Shown: positions 17,327-26,258, numbered from the stretch's first letter. The stretch: 41,172 nt of DNA from an uncultured Bacilli bacterium (GCA_944332155.1 CALVJM010000001.1:1-41172), one strand, 5' to 3'. Notes: generated from the sequence alone by a model not told the origin. A program made the numbers and translations.

Positions 17327-18190
17327 TTACATCTTTTCAATTTCTTCTACAGATAAACCTGTCATTTCACTAATATACTCTATTTTTTGACCACTATCTT
17401 TCAATTTCTTGGCAATACGAATTTGTCCTTCTTTTATGCCTTGTTTTTTCGCATACTCCAATCTAGAATTATTTTCCCACTCTTTCATCTTCTCACCATC
17501 ATATAATCCTATAAACTGACTATCTTCCGTTAAATGTACTAATTTGTCTTTAGCTTCTTCCATATAACTTTCTCCCTTACTGATCTCTTCTAAGGTTTTA
17601 ATATTTTCTTCACTTAGTAATAAGATCTCTTTCTCTAATTTACTTAACTCAACTCTATTATAGTACATTCTTTTTACTTTTTCTAGATTGATATGATAAC
17701 TTTCAAAATTTTTGGTCTCTATTCTTCCTTTTTCATCTCGAAGTTGAAACTTAATAATTAATTCATCACCATACTTTTCATAATTATCAAAATTAATAAG
17801 AATTGTTTTATTTAATTCGGCATATGAACTTCCTATTAAGATATGGTCACTTTGGATTTTCATCGCATAACTTAAATTCTTTTCAACAATTCCTTCATAA
17901 TAATACTGATTCATCTCTAGATTAATCATATTGCCTCTAAACGATACAATCATATCTGATATCTTTCGTTTCTCATTTACATGATTAACGGTGTGTTCAA
18001 CATTTTCAATTCGTAAGTTTTCTTCCATATATTCTTTAGGTATATGAGTAATTCCATGAATAAGTTCAATCAAAAACCCACGACAATTAGGGTCACTAAG
18101 TAAACTCTTAAATACTCTATCATTTAAGGGGGAGACCACCTTTCCTTCCCTTAAATATTTCTTTGATAATGCGCTTAATTCTTTCTGCAT
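17327..18190 (-). CDS. Rpn-family / PD-(D/E)XK nuclease-type putative transposase (PDDEXK_2-like)
   Basis: 287 aa. The N-terminal half has DMIVSFRGNMINLEMNQ (D...E-x-Q nuclease-type core seen in this family) and the conserved lead-in PLNDRVFKSLL. The C-terminal half is a charged helical tail. Confidence 0.7.
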   Translation of the reverse strand: MQKELSALSKKYLREGKVVSPLNDRVFKSLLSDPNCRGFLIELIHGITHIPKEYMEENLRIENVEHTVNHVNEKRKISDMIVSFRGNMINLEMNQYYYEGIVEKNLSYAMKIQSDHILIGSSYAELNKTILINFDNYEKYGDELIIKFQLRDEKGRIETKNFESYHINLEKVKRMYYNRVELSKLEKEILLLSEENIKTLEEISKGESYMEEAKDKLVHLTEDSQFIGLYDGEKMKEWENNSRLEYAKKQGIKEGQIRIAKKLKDSGQKIEYISEMTGLSVEEIEKM

Positions 18191-18297
18191 TCTTCACCTC
18201 CAGATGCACTATAACAGAAATAAAAATGTGAAGCAAACGACACATTTTATATTTTGAAATAATAATTAATTATCAAATTTCTATATTTATCATCCAA

Positions 18298-18330
18298 AAT
18301 AAAAAAATTAGAATACTTTATGTATTCCAA
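18298..18330 (-). terminator. Terminator after the PadR-HAAS operon
   Basis: Minus strand UUGGAAUAC-AUAAA-GUAUUCUAA followed by UUUUUUUAUUUU. Confidence 0.4.
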
Positions 18331-18415
18331 TTTATTAAATATATATGAATTCAACTTTTTTCAATAACACGATTTATAAAAATCTTTACTTTTATAGTGT
18401 AACACAGATAGTTTG

Positions 18416-19819
18416 TTAATGAACAAATCCCATTGTGTTAGCATTCGCACGAATTTCTACGATGGTTGGTCGATCTAATGATTCATAATTATATATTTTC
18501 TTTTCTTTTAAACCATCTAAAATTTGTTGATAAATACTTTTTACATAATGCTCTTTTGTTTCTGTTGTAAAAGTTACATATGAATATTCACCACCATCGC
18601 TCATATGATACTCTGGTGTTACAAAGTCATCATAATAAGATAATACAACTACTACTTCTCCATCATTAAGTGTTGAATCTTCTACTGCTTTACAATCCCT
18701 TCCATATATATAGAAATTGGTATTCTTATCAATATTAGAGATTCTATATTCTTTTGTCGTTGTGTGAAATTGATCAGTTGGAAGAGTCTGATAGTAATCC
18801 ATACTCATGAATAAATCAAATGTCATTACTCCACCTACGGCAATTAATACAATACTAATTATAAATGGATAAAAGATGATTTTTTTACGTTTAAAAGTTA
18901 AATCTATGATAATTTTAGTTAAATGAAGAAATAAAATTAAAAATCCTAATCCTAGTATATCAATACCTATGAATGGTAATCCTTTACAAGTATAGTAAAC
19001 TGCGATAGCTAAACAAACGGCATTTCCGATAATTACTAAACATAGTGGAGCTAAAATAAATAAAACAACCCACACACGTACTAAAATCATAATCGCATTA
19101 GATATACCGTGACTTTTTTTCTTTTCTTTTTTTACTTTAGTAACCACTTCATCTTTTTTTTTAGATTTTTCTTCTTTTTTTTCACTTTTTGTCTTTTTAG
19201 ATGACTGAGAATCTTTTTTTATACGTTCCTCTTTAGGTGAAACATATTCTTTAAACATCGCAATTACAATTAATGCGGCAACACAAAAATATAAAACACC
19301 AATTAAGAATACCCAGACCACATTTAATACTGTACTAAGTGGAAAAAAGAAAGATTCTAAAATATTGCTTCCTAATACGCGAATAATATTAAATGGTATA
19401 GTAGCAATAGCAAGAATAAATAAAGTAATAATTCCTTTAATAACTAATTCTGTAACTAATTCTACAGTTATTTCTTGACCATTTTCTTTCATATCATCAC
19501 TAATTTGGTGAAACCATTTAGATACTGATTCAGAACAAGTTTTAATAAAACGATTTAAACTATGACCTAAATCACTTGACGCTTTATAAAGTTTGTCATC
19601 TTCTGATGCATATTTGGGGTTAATCTTATAAGCACTTAATATTTCTTTCACTAACTCATCCATTGAACCAAAATCTTCAATAGCTTTTTCTTCAGTTTCA
19701 CCATGTTTTATTTTTTCATGTAAAGTATCTTTATATTCATTAATAATATCATTACGTTCTTCCTCTGAAAGAATATCTAAACGTTTTTCTAATTCTTTAA
19801 AAAATTTATCTTGATTCAT
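18416..19819 (-). CDS. HAAS/DUF1700-domain membrane protein (PadR partner) with Lys-rich linker and C-terminal extracytoplasmic domain
   Basis: RBS AAGGAG before ATG 19819. MNQDKFFKELEKRLDILSEEERNDIINEYKDTLHEKIKHGETEEKAIEDFGSMDELVKEI is a typical DUF1700 N-terminus. It has several TM segments and overlaps the padR stop by 14 nt. Confidence 0.75.
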   Translation of the reverse strand: MNQDKFFKELEKRLDILSEEERNDIINEYKDTLHEKIKHGETEEKAIEDFGSMDELVKEILSAYKINPKYASEDDKLYKASSDLGHSLNRFIKTCSESVSKWFHQISDDMKENGQEITVELVTELVIKGIITLFILAIATIPFNIIRVLGSNILESFFFPLSTVLNVVWVFLIGVLYFCVAALIVIAMFKEYVSPKEERIKKDSQSSKKTKSEKKEEKSKKKDEVVTKVKKEKKKSHGISNAIMILVRVWVVLFILAPLCLVIIGNAVCLAIAVYYTCKGLPFIGIDILGLGFLILFLHLTKIIIDLTFKRKKIIFYPFIISIVLIAVGGVMTFDLFMSMDYYQTLPTDQFHTTTKEYRISNIDKNTNFYIYGRDCKAVEDSTLNDGEVVVVLSYYDDFVTPEYHMSDGGEYSYVTFTTETKEHYVKSIYQQILDGLKEKKIYNYESLDRPTIVEIRANANTMGFVH

Positions 19820-20135
19820 GTTTTTCACACTCCTTAATAAACACATTTACTGCTTCTTGAAAACTAGACCAACTTTTGGTTAATTCTTCCATTCTTTTTT
19901 CACCTAATAAAGTTAATTTATAATACTTTCTAGGTGGGCCTTCAGTTGATTCTTCTAAATAAGTTTCAAAATAACGTTCATTCGTCAATCTCTTTAATAA
20001 AGGATATATGGTTCCTTCATTGACATCTACAATTTTAGAAACTTCAATCACTAATTCATAACCATACATATCTTTTTTGTGAACTGATAATAATACAATC
20101 ATTTCTAATACACCTTTTTTAAACTGAGTATTCAT
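19806..20135 (-). CDS. PadR family transcriptional regulator
   Basis: MNTQFKKGVLEMIVLLSVHKKDMYGYELV...GTIYPLLKRLTNERYFETYLEES..GPPRKYYKLT is a canonical PadR winged helix. Confidence 0.9.
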   Translation of the reverse strand: MNTQFKKGVLEMIVLLSVHKKDMYGYELVIEVSKIVDVNEGTIYPLLKRLTNERYFETYLEESTEGPPRKYYKLTLLGEKRMEELTKSWSSFQEAVNVFIKECEKHESR

Positions 20136-20153
20136 ACCTCCCACCTCACTAAC

Positions 20154-20182
20154 ATTTTATACCAACTACTATGTATTGTCAA
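20154..20182 (-). promoter_or_regulatory. SigA-type promoter of the PadR operon
   Basis: TTGACA (20177-82), 17 nt spacer, TAAAAT (20154-59). Confidence 0.6.
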
Positions 20183-20212
20183 GTACTAATTTTATCTTAA
20201 TACTAAAATATT

Positions 20213-20237
20213 CAAAAAGAGTGAATTTATTCACTCT
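20213..20237 (-). terminator. Terminator after the pilin operon
   Basis: Minus strand AGAGUGAA-UAAA-UUCACUCU followed by UUUUG. The TAA stop of ORF 20227..21258 is in the loop. Confidence 0.65.
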
Positions 20238-21258
20238 CTGTTTGATAAATATATAATCTTCCAAATGATTGTTCATCAAATGTTTGTTCTTTTTGATCTT
20301 TATCATAATTTTCTTTATCAATAAGATATACCTGTAACATATCTAATTGATGATCTGGCTCTACTTTAAGTGTAAATACTTGATGACTATCTGATAATTT
20401 CTTTTCTTCTTCAACAATACTATTTTGATTTTCATCTAATACTTTAATCACAAAAGATTGGCCTTTATCACCTTTTACTTCTACACGAAGATTTAAAGTG
20501 TCATCCTCTTCATATGGAAATGCCCATAATGATAGTGGATTTAATGAAAGCTGTCTATTGCCACTAACAAGATCAAAATCAACGAAACGGAAATTAGTAT
20601 CTGTCGTTACTTGTGTATATTCTTTTATATCTACTAAACGTTGCTTACCTAATTTTGTTTCTTTTAACTCATTACCTACAACACTAGCAAAATCTTTAAT
20701 TTTCCATTCGTCTGCTTTCTTTTGTAAAGTGACTGAAGCATATTCTGTTTTTTTCTCATTTCCAGCGATACATTTATCTGCTTCGTTTTTTAAGTCATTA
20801 AAGAATAATTGAACCTGTGACTCTACAGTTAAATCGGTATACTTTTCAAATAATCCATCCGCAAAGTCAGTGTGATAGCAATCTAAATAATTTAATTTGA
20901 CAGAAGCACGTGCTTCATCATCTACAATAACAATATCTTCAATATTTGCTTGCACATCAATTTTTCCATCTAAATATACATAATAATCTTCAGCATTAGA
21001 AATAAAACCATCAGACATCTCTGTATCACCTAAAAATGGATATCTTTGAGCTAAAAATAAATTATAGCTATCTTCATCAACAAAATAGTTCTTTAATTCA
21101 GTATCGTCGATTTTATAATGTTCATAATAAGCAGTTACAACATCACGAACATTTTTTTCAGCTTTTGCTAAATTATTCTTTTGTACAAACAACCAAGTAC
21201 TTATTCCTATAATGGCAAGTACAACAACAATAACAATAACAATAATATATTTTTTCAT
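20227..21258 (-). CDS. Membrane-anchored extracytoplasmic protein, unknown function, co-oriented 9 nt downstream of the large pilin
   Basis: MKKYIIVIVIVVVLAIIGISTWLF signal anchor followed by 320 aa of acidic soluble sequence. I recognise no motif. Confidence 0.75.
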   Translation of the reverse strand: MKKYIIVIVIVVVLAIIGISTWLFVQKNNLAKAEKNVRDVVTAYYEHYKIDDTELKNYFVDEDSYNLFLAQRYPFLGDTEMSDGFISNAEDYYVYLDGKIDVQANIEDIVIVDDEARASVKLNYLDCYHTDFADGLFEKYTDLTVESQVQLFFNDLKNEADKCIAGNEKKTEYASVTLQKKADEWKIKDFASVVGNELKETKLGKQRLVDIKEYTQVTTDTNFRFVDFDLVSGNRQLSLNPLSLWAFPYEEDDTLNLRVEVKGDKGQSFVIKVLDENQNSIVEEEKKLSDSHQVFTLKVEPDHQLDMLQVYLIDKENYDKDQKEQTFDEQSFGRLYIYQTESE

Positions 21259-21267
21259 AATTCCTCC

Positions 21268-23397
21268 TTAATACATATAAATTGGACCAAACTCATCTAC
21301 ACAATTACTCCAATTACGAGCACTACAAATACTTAAATAAATATTTTGAAGAGATCTTCCATTACAGTAACCAGAAGTACAGTCAACATAAAGTGATTGA
21401 CCAGAGAAAATATTAACTCCTAAACGCACTAATACTCCATTATAATATAATCCACCATCATAATTCGTCCTCCAAATAGAGTATCCTCCTTGATGTTCAT
21501 AAGTTGGTTTATTATATAATTGCCAATAAACGTGCTTAATAACAAGACCAGCAGTTGTATTAAAGTTAAGTTGACATTTAGATACATTTCCCATTGAACC
21601 AATAGCACAGTTATGTGATGTAACAGCTAATTGTGATTCTAGATTTATAATTGTTCCTTTACATGTATTTGTATTACCTGCTTTATCAGCAATCGTTGCA
21701 GAAACTTCCACGTTGTTATTCGCACTGTTGGAATTATATTCAGATTGAACACAACCAGAATTTACTGTACCATCACTATCTGAACATTTTTCTATTCGAT
21801 AACGACTGTCTCTGCCAATTACTCCCCATGCAGTATTATTTTGTGTTCCACCTGCACAAGTTGGTTTAGTTTTATCAATTTGTACAGAAAATACTTTAGA
21901 AGCTTTACTAACATTTCCAGCTTTATCTACTGCTCGTATATAAAAGTCTGTATCATTATCCCAATTAATAACATAAGTAAGTTTACCATCTTTTAAAGAA
22001 TAAGAAGGCCAAGTAGTTGGTACATCTATCCAATTTGCCTTATTATTAGAATATTGATATTTAGCAACTCCTTCTCCTACATCAGTCGATGTAATTTCAT
22101 GATAAACATTTTGATTGGTCCATGTGCCACTATTATAATCTTTACCACTACTATTATTAAGTTTCAACTTAACCGTCGGTTGTTCTGGAGGTGTAGCATC
22201 CATTTGTGTTACAGTACAAGTGCTTCCAGAAACAGTATTAACTCCATCACTTACACGAGCGACTACAGAAGCCATAGTTCCATCATCTGCGGATGTCACA
22301 ATCACATCTTGTACCAATTTAGTAGTAGTTAACCATTTCTTAGTAGGAATACTATCACCATCAACTGTTCCTTTTCCACTTAACAATTGATAACTATAAA
22401 TAAATTTATTATTCACATCACCTTCTGGATACGTCAACTGAATTGTTTTCTCTTTCGTCCATCCACTACTTGGTGAAATAGTACAAGTAGGAACACCTAA
22501 AATTTTAGTATTTTGACTAACTGCTTCAGAAGCTTTTTTTAATCCTGCACCGTTGATACATTGTGCTTTTATCTGATAAGTGCCTGTCTCTAAATTATCA
22601 AATTTATAACTACTATTTGATTGTTCTGAAGTCCAAGTTGCTCCATTATCACTACTAAACTGATATCCTCTAATACCAGATTCTTCATCTTGACAATCGG
22701 CACGTACTGTAATAGATTTTGTAGTTACTAAATTAATTACTGGTTTAGAAGCACTTGGTTTTGTTTTATCAATATGGCGAATAGTTACTTCTTTCATTTG
22801 GCTACGTCTATCAAAACGGGAATCTCTCGCCATAACCTTAACGGTTTGATTAGTTGAAAAAGTTTTCTTATTATCTATTTGCCATGTATTTCCACCATCA
22901 AATGAAAATTCATCTGCTCTTACTCCCGGACTAGTTGCTGCATAAACTGTGACAGTAACATCACTACTTGTCCAATTTTCCACATTCGGATCTGGACTCA
23001 TACTTACACTAATCGCAAGTTCATCTAAATCAGATAAATATATCAATTCATATTTTAAAGTTTGATCATCATTGACCGTAATTTTTATTACAGCAACATC
23101 TGTAATATCTTCCCCCGTTTCAGGATCTTTAATACTTTCTTCTAAATAACCTTGATCAATCAACTGTTGAATAGATAAATAAGAAGTGGCACCGGCATTT
23201 ACTTCATAAAAGTCTTCTCGATGAGACTCTACATATTCTTCCGCTGCAATATATAAATTTTCTAACCAATTATCATATTTTTGTTGATTTGCTTTTTTCA
23301 AACTAGATGTAATCGCAGGTACTGAAATCACTACAATGATGGTTAAAACCACTAAAATACCCAGCATTTCAACTAGAGTAAATCCCTTTTTCTTCAT
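21268..23397 (-). CDS. Large modular prepilin-type protein (709 aa): pilin N-terminus plus repeated beta-sandwich modules plus Cys-rich C-terminal domain
   Basis: MKKKG|FTLVEMLGILVVLTIIVVISVPAI. The pilin head motif IQQLIDQGYLEESIKDPETGEDI is shared with the two small pilins. Module boundaries are IRHIDKTKPSA, VTQMDATPPE and VQIDKTKPTC. There is an FN3-like GYQFSSDNGATWT segment, and the last ~190 aa contain 13 Cys. Confidence 0.85.
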   Translation of the reverse strand: MKKKGFTLVEMLGILVVLTIIVVISVPAITSSLKKANQQKYDNWLENLYIAAEEYVESHREDFYEVNAGATSYLSIQQLIDQGYLEESIKDPETGEDITDVAVIKITVNDDQTLKYELIYLSDLDELAISVSMSPDPNVENWTSSDVTVTVYAATSPGVRADEFSFDGGNTWQIDNKKTFSTNQTVKVMARDSRFDRRSQMKEVTIRHIDKTKPSASKPVINLVTTKSITVRADCQDEESGIRGYQFSSDNGATWTSEQSNSSYKFDNLETGTYQIKAQCINGAGLKKASEAVSQNTKILGVPTCTISPSSGWTKEKTIQLTYPEGDVNNKFIYSYQLLSGKGTVDGDSIPTKKWLTTTKLVQDVIVTSADDGTMASVVARVSDGVNTVSGSTCTVTQMDATPPEQPTVKLKLNNSSGKDYNSGTWTNQNVYHEITSTDVGEGVAKYQYSNNKANWIDVPTTWPSYSLKDGKLTYVINWDNDTDFYIRAVDKAGNVSKASKVFSVQIDKTKPTCAGGTQNNTAWGVIGRDSRYRIEKCSDSDGTVNSGCVQSEYNSNSANNNVEVSATIADKAGNTNTCKGTIINLESQLAVTSHNCAIGSMGNVSKCQLNFNTTAGLVIKHVYWQLYNKPTYEHQGGYSIWRTNYDGGLYYNGVLVRLGVNIFSGQSLYVDCTSGYCNGRSLQNIYLSICSARNWSNCVDEFGPIYMY

Positions 23398-23426
23398 TTT
23401 GCACTCACCTCTATGGTACTATAAAT

Positions 23427-23456
23427 AGTATATCATATAATCTTTAAATGCGACAA
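23427..23456 (-). promoter_or_regulatory. Promoter candidate for the large pilin operon
   Basis: TTGTCG (23451-56), 18 nt spacer, TATACT (23427-32), with an upstream TG. RBS AGAGGTGA before the ATG. Confidence 0.4.
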
Positions 23457-23464
23457 GAAATTTA

Positions 23465-23501
23465 GTAAGAAAAAACAATTTCAAACGTTGAAATTGTTTT
23501 T
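23465..23501. terminator. Bidirectional A-tract/hairpin/T-tract terminator after the cse60-like ORF
   Basis: Perfect 14-bp inverted repeat aaaaacaatttcaa (23471-84) / ttgaaattgttttt (23488-501) with a 3-nt loop. Confidence 0.65.
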
Positions 23502-23672
23502 CTATTGATAAATAATCATGGCTGAAAAACAGTATATTTGTTCTTCTGAAAAAACTGATACAGCAACTTGATATTTAATATCAATAATTTCACTTTCACA
23601 TTCTTCTAAAAATTTATTTACAGAAGCTTCTAAATCAGATTCATGACCCTCATCAAATATTTTTACTTTCAT
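23502..23672 (-). CDS. Small sporulation protein, Cse60-like (56 aa); absent from the supplied ORF track
   Basis: My translation is MKVKIFDEGHESDLEASVNKFLEECESEIIDIKYQVAVSVFSEEQIYCFSAMIIYQ*. The pattern (K-h-F-D-E-x-H-E-x-D-L-E...IDIKYQV...EQIY-x-FSA-h-I-I-Y) matches my memory of the Cse60 family. RBS AGGTGA; terminator immediately after. Confidence 0.65.
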   Translation of the reverse strand: MKVKIFDEGHESDLEASVNKFLEECESEIIDIKYQVAVSVFSEEQIYCFSAMIIYQ

Positions 23673-23696
23673 AAAATCACCTAACCTAAGTATAAC

Positions 23697-25250
23697 TTAA
23701 GTACGCTGCACTTTATGTCTAATTTTAGCTAAAAATAATTTTTGAATTTTATCATAAAAGTAACGAAATTTCTCAGTACGACCAAAAAGAATTATAAATA
23801 TTAGATTAATACCAATGGTTACTAAAATCCCCATAATAATCCAAGTCAAAATATTATCCATAGCGATAGAATGAAGCAACCAATATAAGCCAAGTCCTAA
23901 GGTAATAAACAAGAAGAAATATTCAATATATTGTAAATAATACTTCCATACCCCTTTTTCATCTTTAAAGCCATATTTATATACGATTCTAGGATCCATC
24001 CAACAAATAGTTGTAATTCTACTAATAATCGTTCCGAGTAATACTCCAGCAATACCAAATGGTTTTACTAAAATTATAGAAACAATTAAATTAATTACAA
24101 TCATAAATATCGGGCGAAGTCTTCCTTCATAAAATAATCCATAAGCATTTAAGAAAGAAGTAGATACCGATTGCATGCCATTTAAATAAAAATCAATAAC
24201 TAAAGTAATTACTACAGCTTCTGATAAGACAAATTTACTTCCAAAAAATAAATCAATAAAGGGATTGATTAAAATCATTAAAGCAATAGAGACAAAAGCA
24301 TAAAACCAGAAATTTAAAAACAACAAATTTTCAAATACTTTTTTACTATGTGTTTTATTTGTAGTAACTACTAAATTACCAATACTAGAAGTAATAGCTG
24401 TAAATAACTGTGAAACGACATTATTTAAAGATTTTGTTACTAAAACATAATTAGAATATATACCTACAGGTACTAAACCTAAAAACTTAGAGATAATCAT
24501 ATTATCAGTACCATTCGTTACTACACTACCTACTTTATAAATAAATAGTGAACTTACATTCTTAGTAATTTCTTTGACATCTTCTTTTTCTAATGTTTCA
24601 TCTGTTTTTTCTTTAATATATGGATATAATTTAGCTGCTTTTTGTGATATATATATATTTTGTAATACCACAAAGACAATACTAGAAAGCAAGTAAAAAA
24701 TAAAGTTGTGCCAAATATATAATATAGCAATTTGAACTAAAGATAATATAAAAGAGAATATAAAAGTAATACGAGCTGTAATATATCCTTTTTGGTCAGA
24801 ATCAATTAAGAAACGTTTATAAACAAAGAAATAACTAGAAGCTGAATGAATTACAAATAAAGCATAGATAAAATTTAAATCAGGAACGCCTTCGCCTCCT
24901 TTAATTAAATATGGAAGAAAAGGAATTAAACCTAAACCAACTAATAAAACAACTGTTCCTATCACATTATATACTTTCGCATAGAACTTCATTAAAACTT
25001 TAACTTTATGATGATCATTTTCTGCCAAAGGCTTATATAAACTATATGGAATAGCTGTCCCAATTCCTAAATCAGCTAAAGATAACATCGTAATAATATT
25101 GGCGAATAACCCATTAACTCCTAAATATTCCATACTAATGGTACGAGTAAATACAATTTTAACCACAAAATTCATTACGACTGTTAAAATTTGTGTAATG
25201 ACTGATGTTAATGAATTAATCACTGAATTTCTTGTTCTAGATTGTTGCAT
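23697..25250 (-). CDS. MOP-superfamily oligosaccharide/polysaccharide flippase (Wzx/RfbX-like)
   Basis: 517 aa with about 14 TM segments. The N-terminus RNSVINSLTSVITQILTVVMNFVVKIVFTRTISMEYLGVNGLF is typical of Wzx-type flippases. RBS AAAGGAGAA. Confidence 0.85.
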   Translation of the reverse strand: MQQSRTRNSVINSLTSVITQILTVVMNFVVKIVFTRTISMEYLGVNGLFANIITMLSLADLGIGTAIPYSLYKPLAENDHHKVKVLMKFYAKVYNVIGTVVLLVGLGLIPFLPYLIKGGEGVPDLNFIYALFVIHSASSYFFVYKRFLIDSDQKGYITARITFIFSFILSLVQIAILYIWHNFIFYLLSSIVFVVLQNIYISQKAAKLYPYIKEKTDETLEKEDVKEITKNVSSLFIYKVGSVVTNGTDNMIISKFLGLVPVGIYSNYVLVTKSLNNVVSQLFTAITSSIGNLVVTTNKTHSKKVFENLLFLNFWFYAFVSIALMILINPFIDLFFGSKFVLSEAVVITLVIDFYLNGMQSVSTSFLNAYGLFYEGRLRPIFMIVINLIVSIILVKPFGIAGVLLGTIISRITTICWMDPRIVYKYGFKDEKGVWKYYLQYIEYFFLFITLGLGLYWLLHSIAMDNILTWIIMGILVTIGINLIFIILFGRTEKFRYFYDKIQKLFLAKIRHKVQRT

Positions 25251-25320
25251 AATATTCTCCTTTGTTAATATTACCAGTATACCATGATTTTCAAAAAAGA
25301 AAAAGAAAACAAATGTTTCC

Positions 25321-25767
25321 TTAATATTTTATAACATATTCAATGGCAGCAGCTTTGGTTAAATCTACGTCTGTTTCACTAGTAATAATTCTAGTTTCAT
25401 CAGCTTTAATAACTTCACCTACATATCCTAATAATGTTACCATTTCTTTTCCATCTTTATCTTTGACAAGAATATCAAAACTTTGTAAATCTATATCTTC
25501 TCCAGTTAAATTCTTAACTTCCGTTGTAAGTTTTGATCTCCCATTTTCCATAATTAATGATGTATTAGAGAAACGAAGACCTTCTACTTCTTGATCCTTA
25601 ATAACATCTTCACTGGTATTTGCATATGTACCATTTTCTGTTGTTTTATCTTTTGAATCGTTACCACTAAATAAACCAAAAGCTAGGAAGAACACTAGTG
25701 CAAATAATAATATTCCACACAATACCACTATTAATCTTTTCTTTTTCTCTTCTGTTATCTTTTTCAT
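25321..25767 (-). CDS. Membrane-anchored small extracytoplasmic protein, unknown function
   Basis: KKKRLIVVLCGILLFALVFFLAFGLF anchor followed by a beta-rich ~100 aa domain. RBS AAAGGAAA. Confidence 0.7.
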   Translation of the reverse strand: MKKITEEKKKRLIVVLCGILLFALVFFLAFGLFSGNDSKDKTTENGTYANTSEDVIKDQEVEGLRFSNTSLIMENGRSKLTTEVKNLTGEDIDLQSFDILVKDKDGKEMVTLLGYVGEVIKADETRIITSETDVDLTKAAAIEYVIKY

Positions 25768-25777
25768 AATTTCCTTT

Positions 25778-26018
25778 CTATTTTACATTACTACATTGTA
25801 CACGAATTACTATTCGTACTCCTAAAGTTGTAGAATCACAAACTACTTTTATTTCATCATCTGTACATTCTGAATTATTTGGTAACTACGGTAATTTTTG
25901 AAGTTTTAGACAATAAGGAATAACCAATTGTCATTGTAGCTATTACGATTGCAAATACAAACATCAATATTATATAGCCACTAAAAGTATACAAAAAAAT
26001 ATATTTTTTGTCAATCAT
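25778..26018 (-). pseudogene. Degraded paralog of ORF 10513..11031 (N-terminal anchor fragment plus frame-shifted C-terminal fragment)
   Basis: ATG 26018 gives MIDKKYIFLYTFSGYIILMFVFAIVIATMTIGYSLLSKTSKITVVTK*, with the stop at 25875-77. MTIGYS(L/V)L is shared with the 172-aa protein. The +1 frame continues LPNNSECTDDEIKVVCDSTTLGVRIVIRVQCSNVK* to 25778. Confidence 0.3.
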
Positions 26019-26227
26019 ATAACTGCTAATTATAAAATAGAATAAAAGACAAACAAATTTATTTCTACTTATCAGTTTTTCCAGACTTTGCTATTTATAA
26101 AATTTCCTTCTTCTATTATTCATAAAAATTATTTTCAAGAGTTGTTATTGACCTTTTCATTTAATTGTTATCTAATTTCTTCAACCATAACATAAATATC
26201 GTAATATATTTTAACTAATCCAATATA

Positions 26228-26253
26228 TAAAAAAGAAGATAAAATATCTCCTT
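26228..26253 (-). terminator. Terminator after the M23 peptidase gene
   Basis: Minus strand AAGGAGAU-AUUUU-AUCUUCUU (one G-U pair) followed by UUUUAUAU. Confidence 0.5.
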
Positions 26254-26258
26254 CGTTA

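Noticed and set aside
20498-22332. Plus-strand ORFs 20498..20812, 21651..21869 and 22054..22332
   Set aside because: They are antisense shadows within the 343-aa gene and the large pilin gene.
25099-25594. Plus-strand ORFs 25099..25287 and 25343..25594
   Set aside because: They are antisense to the flippase and to the 148-aa anchored protein, and have no translation signals.
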